This document shows, piece by piece, positions 29,638 to 38,589 of a stretch of DNA of 64,000 nucleotides. Below the pieces are notes generated by a model. It was not told where the DNA came from and made no database searches. It saw nothing but the letters and a program-made list of their open reading frames with translations. Each line of letters opens with the position of its first letter. Within the stretch, counting starts at the first letter, position 1. The stretch spans positions 1,287 through 65,286 of the forward strand of contig JAJZLL010000062.1 in the NCBI GenBank assembly GCA_021803465.1, given 5' to 3'. Source of the stretch: a bacterium. Lineage in GTDB: Bacteria; Chloroflexota; Dormibacteria; Aeolococcales; Aeolococcaceae. The position numbers and the translations under genes are program-made.

Positions 29638-30597
29638 ATGAGCAAGCGACAGCATTCCGCAGCGACGACCGTGGATAGCGAGTACGTGCAGATCGAGACA
29701 GTCGCGGATACGCTGGGGATTCCTGTATCGCTCATCAAGCGCCGTGTCGAGGTTGGCGATGTTCCCTCCCACAAGATCCGTGAGAATGGCAGTGTCGTGT
29801 ACTACGTACGCTGGGAGGATCTTGGCATTGCAGCTCCAGAATCAGGCGATGCTCCTCAGGTGGCCCCCAGGGTGAACCTTGAGGATTTTGTCGAGGAAGA
29901 TCCGTGGGGTGGACTCTCGGGAAGCACAAGCTGTGTAGAAGAAGCGGAGACAGTGAGCTCGCCTGCAGCGGAAATGCCAGGTGACGCATGCTCCGGAACC
30001 ACAGCGGAAGGAGAAGATCCATGGAGCGATACTCCAGTTGCTCCTGCAGAGGAACCTCAGGCCGCAGAGCGGAGTGACGCACCTTTCCAAGAGCGTGTGA
30101 CTATGCCAGCACTGGACGCGGAGAAGCCAACCCGGACAGGGGGAGAAGTTCGCGAGGAAACACCGACTGTGCAGCTCACTGGTGTCTCACAGTCGGCCAC
30201 GACTCTGGAATCCCATGTTGTCCATCTTTCCAGCGACACAGACTCCACACCAATGCTCTCCGAATCTCCTGCAGGGTTCCGGCAGGAGGTGTCGGCAATG
30301 CATCTCGATGCCCGGGAGATTGTGAGCGGACTGCTCGACAGGTGGGAGCATACGCTTGAGCAGCGCATCTATGCGGAGAACCGGCAGCGGTTCGAAACTG
30401 AGCTCCTTGCGCGACAGGGCACAGTGAAGAACCTGCAGATGGAGATTCAGACATCCCGTGCACAGCATGCAGCGGATCTTGCCCAGAAGGACAGGCTCAT
30501 TGCGGAGCGGGAACGGCACATTGCCGAATGTGAGAGGGAGATCCGCGATCTCCGTTCCCAGCTTTCCAAGAAGCGGCGGTGGCCATTCACGAGCTAA
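29638..30597 (+). CDS. hypothetical protein with N-terminal HTH-like domain, acidic linker and C-terminal coiled coil
   Basis: IETVADTLGIPVSLIKRRVEVGDVPSHKI resembles excisionase/MerR-type HTH_17 domains. The C-terminus (RQRFETELLARQGTVKNLQMEIQ...RERHIAECEREIRDLRSQL) looks like heptad coiled coil. GGGAGAGGG upstream of the ATG. Confidence 0.55.
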   Translation: MSKRQHSAATTVDSEYVQIETVADTLGIPVSLIKRRVEVGDVPSHKIRENGSVVYYVRWEDLGIAAPESGDAPQVAPRVNLEDFVEEDPWGGLSGSTSCVEEAETVSSPAAEMPGDACSGTTAEGEDPWSDTPVAPAEEPQAAERSDAPFQERVTMPALDAEKPTRTGGEVREETPTVQLTGVSQSATTLESHVVHLSSDTDSTPMLSESPAGFRQEVSAMHLDAREIVSGLLDRWEHTLEQRIYAENRQRFETELLARQGTVKNLQMEIQTSRAQHAADLAQKDRLIAERERHIAECEREIRDLRSQLSKKRRWPFTS

Positions 30598-30650
30598 CAC
30601 ACTCCGGTGTACGCTCCATCTATCGGGAGTACGAGAGGAGCGTCTGAATC

Positions 30651-32516
30651 GTGCAGCAGGATGCGAAAGAAGAGATCAAGCAGCGGCTGAACATTGTTGA
30701 TGTCATTGGCCGCTATATCCGCCTCCAGAAGGGGGGACGCGAGCTCAAGGGACTCTGTCCCTTCCACGATGAGAAGAGCCCCTCGTTCACAGTGAGTCCT
30801 GACAGGCAGGTATGGTACTGCTTTGGCTGCAGCGAGGGAGGAGACATGTTCTCTTTCATCGAGCGGATCGAGCATACGGATTTCCGTGGTGCTCTTGAGA
30901 TTCTTGCCAGCCAGGCGGGAGTCACGATCGAGGAGCATCCTGCAGCAACACAGCAGTCCCAGGAGAGGAAGAGACTCCAGGAGCTCCATGCGGCAGCGCA
31001 GCAGTACTATGCGCATGTGCTCTGGAAGACGCCTGTGGGAGAGCCAGGTCGAGACATTCTTGTAGAGCGAAGTGTCGAGCCCGGAGTGGCCGAGCTCTTT
31101 GGCATCGGCTTTGCGCCAGGCGGCGGAGATGATGGCGATGCCCTCATCCGGTATCTTGTCGCGAAGGCAGGAGCCTCTGAGGAGGAACTCATCCAGGGTG
31201 GGCTTGCCCAGCAGTCTTCCGGGAGGAAACCCCGGGACAAGTTCCGGAACCGACTCATGTTCCCCATCCGGGATGAGCGTGGCCGGGTGATCGCCTTTGG
31301 AGGCCGGGCTCTGGGAGATGCCATTCCCAAGTACCTCAATTCTCCGGAAACGCTCCTGTACCACAAGTCCGCAACGCTCTTTGGCCTTGATATGGCACGT
31401 GAGGCAGTTCGCATGCTCAATGCGGTCGTTCTCGTGGAAGGGTACTTCGATGTTGTTGCACTTCACCGGGCGGGGGTGACGAACGTGGTTGCGAGCAGTG
31501 GCACTGCACTCACAGAGCAGCATGTCCGCATCCTCAGGAGGTATACCGACCGCATCATTCTCTGTTTCGACCACGACGCAGCCGGACAGCAGGCTGCTCG
31601 GCGTGCTGCACTCCTGTGCGCTGCCCAGGAGGTCCGTGCACGGATTGTCGAGCTTCCTCGGGGTGTGAAGGACCCGGATGAGCTCGTGAGGCAGAATCCT
31701 GAGGGGCTGCGGGGAGCTGTCGAGCATGCGAGGCCAGAGTGGGAAGTGCTCTTGGACTGGGCAGTGGGTGCGGGTGGGGAGACAGATGTGGAGGCTCGGC
31801 GGGAATCACTTGAGCGGGCACTCCAGCTCCTGCACTCCATTCCCGAGGCGAGTGTCCGCGAACTCTACGCCCAGCAGCTGGCAAGCAGACTCCATCTCCA
31901 TCCTGATGCTGTGCAGGCGGATCTTGCCCGGCTTGCCCGAAAGGAGCTTCCACTGCGGAAGGCTGACCAGCAGTCACAGGGAGCACCCAGGAGCAGCGTG
32001 GAGAGTCGCGGGAATCCACCGCACAGAGCGCAGCAGCAGATCGAACAGATGGGATCTCCAACGGATGCGTATCTGGGTGCCCTCCTTGCACAGGAACCAC
32101 GGATGACTGCGGATCTCCTAGCTGCAGAGGGCCTGGAACCTGGGGAGATCCGGTATCCCGTAGTTGCAAGGATGTACGAGATTGCACGCACTGTCGCGAC
32201 AGGTGAGCAGTTTCCACTTGATGCGCTTCCCGAGGAGGACCGGCCGCACGTTGCGAGGTTTGCATTGAGGGATCTTCCGGGTGTGCACGGGAGCGATCCA
32301 GCAACGCAGCGGAAAATCGTGCTTGACTGCATTGCGAGCCTCCGCAGGACACGGTTCCAGTACGAGACTGCGCGCATCCGCGCAGCACTCCGTGACGCCA
32401 CCAAGAGCGGTGATTCGGGAGAAGCGGAAGTGCTCTCGCGTGAGCTGCAGGAGCTGCTAGCGGTGTGGAAGTCACAGGGACGCACTTCCCCGGAAGGGAA
32501 GTCCGAGAAGGTATGA
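30651..32516 (+). CDS. dnaG: DNA primase
   Basis: Zinc-ribbon CPFHDEKSPSFTV...WYCFGC and TOPRIM motifs (VLVEGYFDV, CFDHDAAG). GTG start. Confidence 0.9.
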   Translation: MQQDAKEEIKQRLNIVDVIGRYIRLQKGGRELKGLCPFHDEKSPSFTVSPDRQVWYCFGCSEGGDMFSFIERIEHTDFRGALEILASQAGVTIEEHPAATQQSQERKRLQELHAAAQQYYAHVLWKTPVGEPGRDILVERSVEPGVAELFGIGFAPGGGDDGDALIRYLVAKAGASEEELIQGGLAQQSSGRKPRDKFRNRLMFPIRDERGRVIAFGGRALGDAIPKYLNSPETLLYHKSATLFGLDMAREAVRMLNAVVLVEGYFDVVALHRAGVTNVVASSGTALTEQHVRILRRYTDRIILCFDHDAAGQQAARRAALLCAAQEVRARIVELPRGVKDPDELVRQNPEGLRGAVEHARPEWEVLLDWAVGAGGETDVEARRESLERALQLLHSIPEASVRELYAQQLASRLHLHPDAVQADLARLARKELPLRKADQQSQGAPRSSVESRGNPPHRAQQQIEQMGSPTDAYLGALLAQEPRMTADLLAAEGLEPGEIRYPVVARMYEIARTVATGEQFPLDALPEEDRPHVARFALRDLPGVHGSDPATQRKIVLDCIASLRRTRFQYETARIRAALRDATKSGDSGEAEVLSRELQELLAVWKSQGRTSPEGKSEKV

Positions 32517-32606
32517 TGATACATACGTATATTCGGAAAAGGGTTAATGCGCGCGTTACCTGGGTATATACGTACAGTGACCGGGTAGCAGTAGGAAAGG
32601 GGTCGT

Positions 32607-33749
32607 ATGGCGTCGAGTGGAGGCGGAGTGGCTGAGAAGCAGAAACATACTGATGTGAAGCGGGATGATGTTGCAGCAGATCCGCTCATCGCATCCGCTG
32701 AAGCACTGATCGTCCGGGGGAAGGAGCATCTCTTCCTCACACCTGATGAGATTCTCGAGGCGTTTCCGATGCTTGATGCGGAGCCGGACGATCTCGAGAG
32801 AATCTTCCAGGCGTTCAGGGATATCGGCATTGATGTCACTGACGGTGAGCGTGACTTCGAGGTCATCGAGGACATCGATGACGATTTTCTCGCAGAGGCG
32901 GAGGCGATGGAGTCGGTCGCCCTTGATGATCCTGTGCGGATGTACCTCAAGGAGATCGGCAGGGTCGCACTTCTCAAGGCAGAGCAGGAAGTGCACTATG
33001 CGAAGCTTATCGAGCAGGGCGATGACGATGCGAAGAACAAGCTCACAGAAGCGAACCTCAGGCTTGTCGTTTCCATTGCGAAGAAGTACATCGGTCGCGG
33101 CATGTCCTTTCTCGACCTCATACAGGAAGGGAACATGGGCCTCATCAGGGCAGTCGAGAAGTTTGACTACCACAAGGGGTACAAGTTCTCGACATACGCC
33201 ACATGGTGGATCCGCCAGGCTATCACCCGGGCCATAGCGGATCAGGCACGCACGATCCGCATCCCCGTGCACATGGTTGAGACCATCAACAAGCTTGTAC
33301 GCGTGTCCCGCCGACTTCTCCAGGAGCTGGGGCGTGAGCCACAGGACGAGGAGATTGCCGAGGAAATGGGACTCACTCCCGACAAGGTGCGGGAGATCGG
33401 AAAGGTGTCGCAAGATCCAGTTTCGCTCGAAACACCCATCGGCGAGGAGGAGGATTCGCATCTTGGAGACTTCGTCGAGGACAAGGATGCGACAGCCCCT
33501 TCCGATGCAGCCTCTCTCACGATGCTCAGGAATGAGGTCGAGGACATCCTCGACACCCTCACACCACGCGAGCGCCGTGTGCTCCAGCTCAGGTTTGGAC
33601 TTGTCGATGGGCACCAGAGGACGCTCGAGGAAGTCGGCAAGCGGTTTGGTGTGACCCGGGAGCGCATCCGTCAGATCGAGGCGAAGGCGCTGAGGAAGCT
33701 TCGCCATCCATCGCGGAGCAAGCGCCTGCGCGACTACCTGGATTCATAG
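32607..33749 (+). CDS. rpoD: RNA polymerase primary sigma factor
   Basis: Region 2 [16 protein letters not shown], region 3, and region 4.2 [30 protein letters not shown]. It follows dnaG, as in the macromolecular-synthesis operon. Confidence 0.93.
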   Translation: MASSGGGVAEKQKHTDVKRDDVAADPLIASAEALIVRGKEHLFLTPDEILEAFPMLDAEPDDLERIFQAFRDIGIDVTDGERDFEVIEDIDDDFLAEAEAMESVALDDPVRMYLKEIGRVALLKAEQEVHYAKLIEQGDDDAKNKLTEANLRLVVSIAKKYIGRGMSFLDLIQEGNMGLIRAVEKFDYHKGYKFSTYATWWIRQAITRAIADQARTIRIPVHMVETINKLVRVSRRLLQELGREPQDEEIAEEMGLTPDKVREIGKVSQDPVSLETPIGEEEDSHLGDFVEDKDATAPSDAASLTMLRNEVEDILDTLTPRERRVLQLRFGLVDGHQRTLEEVGKRFGVTRERIRQIEAKALRKLRHPSRSKRLRDYLDS

Positions 33750-33813
33750 TGTCCTGGCTGGGTGCATCGCTGACGACCCCATGCACAGTACGGTATAGTC
33801 ATATTCGAAGTGA

Positions 33814-33888
33814 TCCGGGTTAGCTCAGCGGTAGAGCAGGCGGCTGTTAACCGCAAGGTCACTGGTTCGAATCCAGTACCCGGAGCCA
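33814..33888 (+). tRNA. tRNA-Asn (anticodon GUU), CCA encoded
   Basis: UCCGGGU/ACCCGGA acceptor, D-arm GCUCAGCGGUAGAGC, anticodon loop CUGUUAA, and T-arm ACUGGUUCGAAUCCAGU. 75 nt. Confidence 0.92.
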
Positions 33889-34025
33889 GCAGTGAGCAGT
33901 ACTCTGAGGCAGTGCACAGATAGATGACATCGGACAACACGGGGCCAAGGAGCAGTGATGGAGTGGTGATGGGCGAGATGTCCCCCACTGTCCCATCTCA
34001 GGAAGGAATGGAAACGGAGGAAACC

Positions 34026-35069
34026 ATGACTGATTACGTTGCACCCACATCAACCGTCTCCAGCGATGATGCGCTCATGCCACCTGCTGCCCATCGAGGC
34101 GCAGGCTCTGGTACAGCTGCAGTTGAGGCAGAGCATGTCCGGAATTATCCAGCTCCACTTGATCCATCGCATTATGACACGCTGAGGAGCACAATGAGTC
34201 CCTCCACACCGGTCATGAATGTGCAGGGAACACCTGCAGGCCAGGCGTCATCAAGTTCTCCCGAGGAGACCGCGAGCGGGGGTCCCTCCTGGACCTTCGA
34301 TCCTGAGACTGCGCCCGCCCCCACTGGAACCACTGAGAGCCTCTCGGAAGGGACAGGGACCAGTGAAGCTTCTGAGGTTGCACCGACAATACCAGCTGCA
34401 TCCAGCACAGCCCAGTCCACAGCCCAGACCACTGCGCTGTCGGACGAGGATTTGGACAGTATGGAAACGCCCCTTCCGGAGCGTTCAGCGGAGCCGGAGA
34501 GCGTTCCTCTTCCCGCGCTTGGGCCTGTGGGAAAGACCCGCATGCCAGCAACAGTCGTCCTTCTGTCCGTAGTCACGCTTGGCATTTATGCGCTGATGTG
34601 GCACCACAAGGTGAACCGCGAGATGGGTGAGTTTGATCCCCAGATGCATGTGGTCCCAGCCCGTTCGACATGGGGCGTGGCCATTCCCTGGCTAGTGGGT
34701 GTTGCAGCATGGGCTCTCCTTGGTGCCCGTCTTGGCCTCGGGTACAGCCATGTGACACTCAACTTCAATCCTGGAATCTCACTCAGGTATGCATGGTTTG
34801 GCGTGGCTGCAGTGGCACTCTCGATTCAGTACCTCGCACTCTTCCTGCCATTCAGCCTCCTCTCTGTTGTCATGACTGCAGAGCGCGTCCGAATTGTGCA
34901 GGAACGCGGAGGAGCAACAAGTGATGTGCAGTGCAGGCCAGTCCGCATGGTGTGGCTGCTTCTCGTTCCTGTCGTTGGTGGCCTAGCGCTCATGGCGTAT
35001 GAGCAGAGCCGGCTCAACCGTGTATGGGAACTCGTTGCACCACCGTATGCCCGGCGCCGCAGGGGGTAG
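34026..35069 (+). CDS. DUF4234-like membrane protein with long Ser/Thr/Pro/acidic N-terminal region
   Basis: The C-terminal part LSVVTLGIYALMWHHKVNREMGEF resembles DUF4234. The start is uncertain (ATG 34026 with GGAGGA upstream, or 33924/33969). Confidence 0.6.
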   Translation: MTDYVAPTSTVSSDDALMPPAAHRGAGSGTAAVEAEHVRNYPAPLDPSHYDTLRSTMSPSTPVMNVQGTPAGQASSSSPEETASGGPSWTFDPETAPAPTGTTESLSEGTGTSEASEVAPTIPAASSTAQSTAQTTALSDEDLDSMETPLPERSAEPESVPLPALGPVGKTRMPATVVLLSVVTLGIYALMWHHKVNREMGEFDPQMHVVPARSTWGVAIPWLVGVAAWALLGARLGLGYSHVTLNFNPGISLRYAWFGVAAVALSIQYLALFLPFSLLSVVMTAERVRIVQERGGATSDVQCRPVRMVWLLLVPVVGGLALMAYEQSRLNRVWELVAPPYARRRRG

Positions 35070-35144
35070 CAGTCCCTGGCCTGCACTTGCAGGGACGTCA
35101 CGAACCAGTCACACTCGCGAAGGAGCACGGCAGGAGCTGACACA

Positions 35145-35264
35145 ATGGTAGAGGAGCACTCTCCGCAGGAGCAGGGAACACCGCATGACAGCTGGATTCC
35201 TGTCATTCTGCTCAGCGTGTTTCTCCTTCTCCTGTTCATCATCCTCATGCGGATTTCATCGTGA
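35145..35264 (+). CDS. 39-codon small membrane protein (mini-ORF not in the supplied track)
   Basis: Hand translation gives MVEEHSPQEQGTPHDSWIPVILLSVFLLLLFIILMRISS. AGGAG lies 8 nt upstream of the ATG at 35145. Its TGA stop overlaps the GTG start of the next gene (GTGA). Confidence 0.35.
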   Translation: MVEEHSPQEQGTPHDSWIPVILLSVFLLLLFIILMRISS

Positions 35265-36274
35265 CAAAGCTTGCAAACAAGCGTCTCATTGGCAGTGTTG
35301 CCTCTGCACTCGGTGCCACCTTTGCTGGCGTATGCGCGGCAATCTACATGCGGAGCTTTGGCAGTGGCTTCCAGGAGGAGGACAGGCAGCGCCTCGCGAC
35401 ACCCGGGGACTTTGGCCTGAAGTATGAGCAGCTCCATGCTGCGACGTCAGACGGCGTGCCAATACTCGCATGGTACCTTCCGGGAAAGCGGGATGCAGTC
35501 ATTGTCATCAGTGGAGGGTACCGGGGCCGTGCCTGGGATGTCATGGGCATGGCAGTGGCCCTCCGGAAGGCGGGCTTCCATGTGGTCATGTATGGCTGGC
35601 GGGGCACTCCAGGGAGTGGGAAGCATCCGCACACGCTTGGAGCAGCGGAGCGGCGGGATCTCGCAGCTGTCCTTCAAAGCGTCCGGGAGCGGGTTGGAGA
35701 TCTTCCTGTCGGGCTCCTTGGCTACTCGCTTGGAGGCTCTGTTTCGATAAGTGTGGGAGCCCGGGATCCGGAGATCTTTGCCGTGTGCTCTGACAGCGCC
35801 TTCAAAGATCCAGTACAGCTGCTCGCGTTCCGCATCAGGAGAGCGTTCAGGCTCCCAGGAACATCCGTGCTTGTGCAGCCAGTCGTGCGGCTGCTCCGGA
35901 ACCGCACTGGAGAGGATCTTCGGACATTCAGTCCCATCCGGGTTGTGTCGCATATTGCGCCTCGACCACTCTTCGTCATCCATGGCGAAGCGGATACTGT
36001 CGTTCCTGCACGGGACGCGTTTGCCCTCTATGAAGCGGCTCTTGAGCCGAAGTCACTCTGGGTACTCCCAACCACTGGCCATGTCGGTGCGTATTTCATG
36101 TTCCGGCAGCAGTATATCGAGCGTGTTGTCGCATTCTTCGAAGCTGCACTGCAGGGTCAGCAGTGGGAGTGCTACGACGTTCCAGCAAGCGCTGCAGTGG
36201 AGCATGTCAGTGGCAGCAAACAGCAGGAAGTGCGGGAGGAGATGCCTTCCCTCAGTCCAGACACCGCGTCATGA
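35261..36274 (+). CDS. alpha/beta hydrolase with N-terminal membrane anchor
   Basis: Nucleophile elbow LLGYSLGGSVS, and HGEADTVVP near the C-terminal His region. GTG start. Confidence 0.75.
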   Translation: MTKLANKRLIGSVASALGATFAGVCAAIYMRSFGSGFQEEDRQRLATPGDFGLKYEQLHAATSDGVPILAWYLPGKRDAVIVISGGYRGRAWDVMGMAVALRKAGFHVVMYGWRGTPGSGKHPHTLGAAERRDLAAVLQSVRERVGDLPVGLLGYSLGGSVSISVGARDPEIFAVCSDSAFKDPVQLLAFRIRRAFRLPGTSVLVQPVVRLLRNRTGEDLRTFSPIRVVSHIAPRPLFVIHGEADTVVPARDAFALYEAALEPKSLWVLPTTGHVGAYFMFRQQYIERVVAFFEAALQGQQWECYDVPASAAVEHVSGSKQQEVREEMPSLSPDTAS

Positions 36275-37447
36275 GCCGAATGCACTCGTTCCTGTGAGGG
36301 TGTTGCCAAGAATGAGCGTGTGGACCTCTTCCGTACCTTCGTAGGTGAGCACGGATTCGAGGTTCACCATATGGCGGAACACTGGGTATTCAAGTGTGAT
36401 GCCATTTGCGCCAAGAATGGTTCGTGCCTGGCGTGCGATATCGATTGCAGCCCGCACATTCGCACGCTTAGCAAGAGAAACCTGGAATGGCTCCACCTCG
36501 CCATCATCCTTCAGGGTGCCAAGCCTGTGGGCAAGGAGCCTTCCCTGGATGAGCTGTGTTGCCATGTCGGCAAGCTTTTCCTGTGTGAGCTGCTTGGAGG
36601 CGAGGGGTGAGCCAAACACGGTGCGTGAGAGCGAATATTCCCGTGCGCATTCGAAGCAGGACCGTGCAGCTCCAAGCACGCCCCAGGCAATGCCATACCG
36701 TGCCTCGGACAGGCATGAGAGCGGAGCGCGGAGCCCATGCGCTAGGGGCAGGATGGATTCGGGTCCGACTCGGACATCGTCCATGATGATGGCTCCTGTG
36801 GATGATGCGCGAAGTGAGAGCTTCTCCGGGACGGAAGGTGTTGACAGTCCCCGCATGCCACGTTCCACGATGAAGCCCCTGATCCCCTTGTCCTCAGTTC
36901 GAGCCCAGACGACTGCGAGATCCGCGATGGTGGCATTCGTGATCCACATCTTCGTGCCATTGAGAATCCAGTCCTTGCCATCCCTCCGGGCAGTGGTCTG
37001 CATCGAACCAGGATCGCTTCCCGCATCAGGCTCCGTGAGGCCGAAGCAGCCGATGATGTTGCCCTGGGCCATTTCAGGAAGCCACTGTGCCCGCTGCTCG
37101 CTGGAGCCGTACGTCGCAATGGGAAACATTGCAAGGGACCCCTGCACGGAGACGAACGATCTCAGTCCGGAATCTCCAGCTTCGAGCTCCTCGCAGGCCA
37201 CGCCGTACGCCATTGCGGAAGCGCCAGCACAACCGTATTCACTGAGATGCATGCCAAGTAGTCCGAGCTTCCCGAGCGGCCGGATGAGCTCCTGGGGGAA
37301 GGTTCCATGCTGGAAGTGTTCCTGGACAATGGGGAGAAACTCGTCATTGACGAAACGCCGGATAGTCTCCTGTACGAGCCGTTCCTCGTCAGTGAGAAGC
37401 TCATCGATGCGGTAGAGGTCAGTGGAAGGGAGGTGGGGTGAAGACAT
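36269..37447 (-). CDS. acyl-CoA dehydrogenase (glutaryl-CoA dehydrogenase-like)
   Basis: GLTEPDAGSDPGSM, NGTKMWITNA and YEGTEEVH motifs, with N-terminal LTDEERLVQETIRRF. Confidence 0.88.
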   Translation of the reverse strand: MSSPHLPSTDLYRIDELLTDEERLVQETIRRFVNDEFLPIVQEHFQHGTFPQELIRPLGKLGLLGMHLSEYGCAGASAMAYGVACEELEAGDSGLRSFVSVQGSLAMFPIATYGSSEQRAQWLPEMAQGNIIGCFGLTEPDAGSDPGSMQTTARRDGKDWILNGTKMWITNATIADLAVVWARTEDKGIRGFIVERGMRGLSTPSVPEKLSLRASSTGAIIMDDVRVGPESILPLAHGLRAPLSCLSEARYGIAWGVLGAARSCFECAREYSLSRTVFGSPLASKQLTQEKLADMATQLIQGRLLAHRLGTLKDDGEVEPFQVSLAKRANVRAAIDIARQARTILGANGITLEYPVFRHMVNLESVLTYEGTEEVHTLILGNTLTGTSAFGS

Positions 37448-37494
37448 GTGTTCCTTTCAACATCCAGTAGCGATCGAAGGATACCATAGTAGCC

Positions 37495-38052
37495 ATGGAA
37501 TATCTCCTCACCAGAAACGACCTCATGAGCCGGGAAGAGTACGAGCAGGTGCGCTCGACGTACATCGAGGACATCGCAGCACGAAAGCAGCATCTTCGTG
37601 TGGATCTTGAGGGCATTGTTGCTGTGTTCGAGATGCGTGAAAGTGTGGTTGGTGCCCTCCTGGAGATGCTCAGAAGTGACACGGGAATCCGGGAGGACAG
37701 CCTTGATGAGGTGCTGAGGGCAACAAGCATGCTTGTCCCCTCAGGTGACGAGGTTGTCTGCTGCCTCTATGCGAGGGATCCGGGAACCCACCCTCTGCGG
37801 GATGTCGAATCGTGGTTTGCCGTTCGCGCGGGGGGGGCAGACCTCCAGTGCACGTTTGCTCCGCTGGATGCTGACGAGGATGATCCCGACATGGCGGGAG
37901 CAGTTCCTGTCGTGTGCCGCATTGCTGTTCCTGCAGACCTCAGGGATGTGTGGGAAACGGGACCAGTCGTCTTCTGCAACACGCAGTCAGGCGGAGAAGC
38001 AGAACTCACAGTTGAGCAGCGGAGCAGCATTCTCGCGACACTGCTGGACTAG
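37495..38052 (+). CDS. DUF3501-like protein
   Basis: The N-terminal pattern LTRNDLMSREEYEQVR...IAARKQHLRVDLEGIVAVFEMRESV matches my recollection of the DUF3501 family layout. Not verified by HMM. Confidence 0.55.
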   Translation: MEYLLTRNDLMSREEYEQVRSTYIEDIAARKQHLRVDLEGIVAVFEMRESVVGALLEMLRSDTGIREDSLDEVLRATSMLVPSGDEVVCCLYARDPGTHPLRDVESWFAVRAGGADLQCTFAPLDADEDDPDMAGAVPVVCRIAVPADLRDVWETGPVVFCNTQSGGEAELTVEQRSSILATLLD

Positions 38053-38068
38053 GCAGCATGCTGCAGCA

Positions 38069-38494
38069 TCAGAGGATGTGAAAGCGGAAGAGCTGGAAGA
38101 TCCACGATGCGCTTCCGAGAACGAGCAGGAGAGGGAGCGCAATCCGGAAGGGTGCTGTACGGCGAAATCCCAGTGTTGAGACAATGGCCCAGACTCCTGC
38201 TCCCACCAGGACAGGAGCAAACGGGTTGGCGAGGAGCATGGCTTTGAACTGCATGTTTGAGAGTGCCCTGAGGCTTGTCGTCATGCCGCAGAGCGGGCAG
38301 GGAATGTGCGTGAGTGTTCTCAGCGGACAGGGGATTCCAGTCCCATCAGGAGTGATGTGGAGTCCGATGAGGCCTACAAGAAGCACACCGGACAGGCATG
38401 TCCAAGCCGTGCGGTGGAGTGCCACAGACTTGAGATGCCACGGTGCAGGTGCTGCAGGCATGGGGGGGCTGAGGGCGGAAAGTGAATCGGCCAT
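38069..38494 (-). CDS. DUF2752 domain membrane protein
   Basis: CPLRTLTHIPCPLCGMTTSLRAL (the CP...CP.CG motif of DUF2752), followed by TM helices. Confidence 0.7.
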   Translation of the reverse strand: MADSLSALSPPMPAAPAPWHLKSVALHRTAWTCLSGVLLVGLIGLHITPDGTGIPCPLRTLTHIPCPLCGMTTSLRALSNMQFKAMLLANPFAPVLVGAGVWAIVSTLGFRRTAPFRIALPLLLVLGSASWIFQLFRFHIL

Positions 38495-38535
38495 GGTTCC
38501 AGACTACCGTGTTTGGATTGTCGGGGGAATGACAG

Positions 38536-38569
38536 AAATGGGGAGGCAGTATGTACTGCCTCCCCATTT
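38536..38569 (-). terminator. strong hairpin terminator downstream of the RDD gene
   Basis: AAATGGGGAGGCAGTA / TACTGCCTCCCCATTT form a near-perfect 16-bp inverted repeat, followed on the minus strand by TTTCTG. Confidence 0.55.
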
Positions 38570-38589
38570 AACATGTTGGATGTTGCGAG

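Noticed and set aside
26710-29772. Two very long minus-strand ORFs (436 aa and 560 aa) antisense to ppdK
   Set aside because: They lie entirely opposite a gene with unmistakable PPDK motifs. Their translations are low-complexity, rich in Arg/Leu/His/Cys, with no family motifs and no RBS. Stop-poor antisense frames of this kind are expected in GC-rich coding DNA.
30594-33707. Long antisense ORFs opposite dnaG (377 aa, 306 aa, 370 aa) and rpoD (383 aa)
   Set aside because: The logic is the same: the sense strand carries complete primase and sigma-70 motif sets, and the antisense products have no recognisable features.
36345-37415. 356-aa plus-strand ORF opposite the acyl-CoA dehydrogenase gene. 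The 324-aa ORF 15497..16471 opposite glyQS and the 278-aa ORF 7560..8396 opposite the helicase are similar cases.
   Set aside because: They are shadow ORFs of well-supported genes. Their composition is Ser/Arg/Pro-rich, with no motifs.
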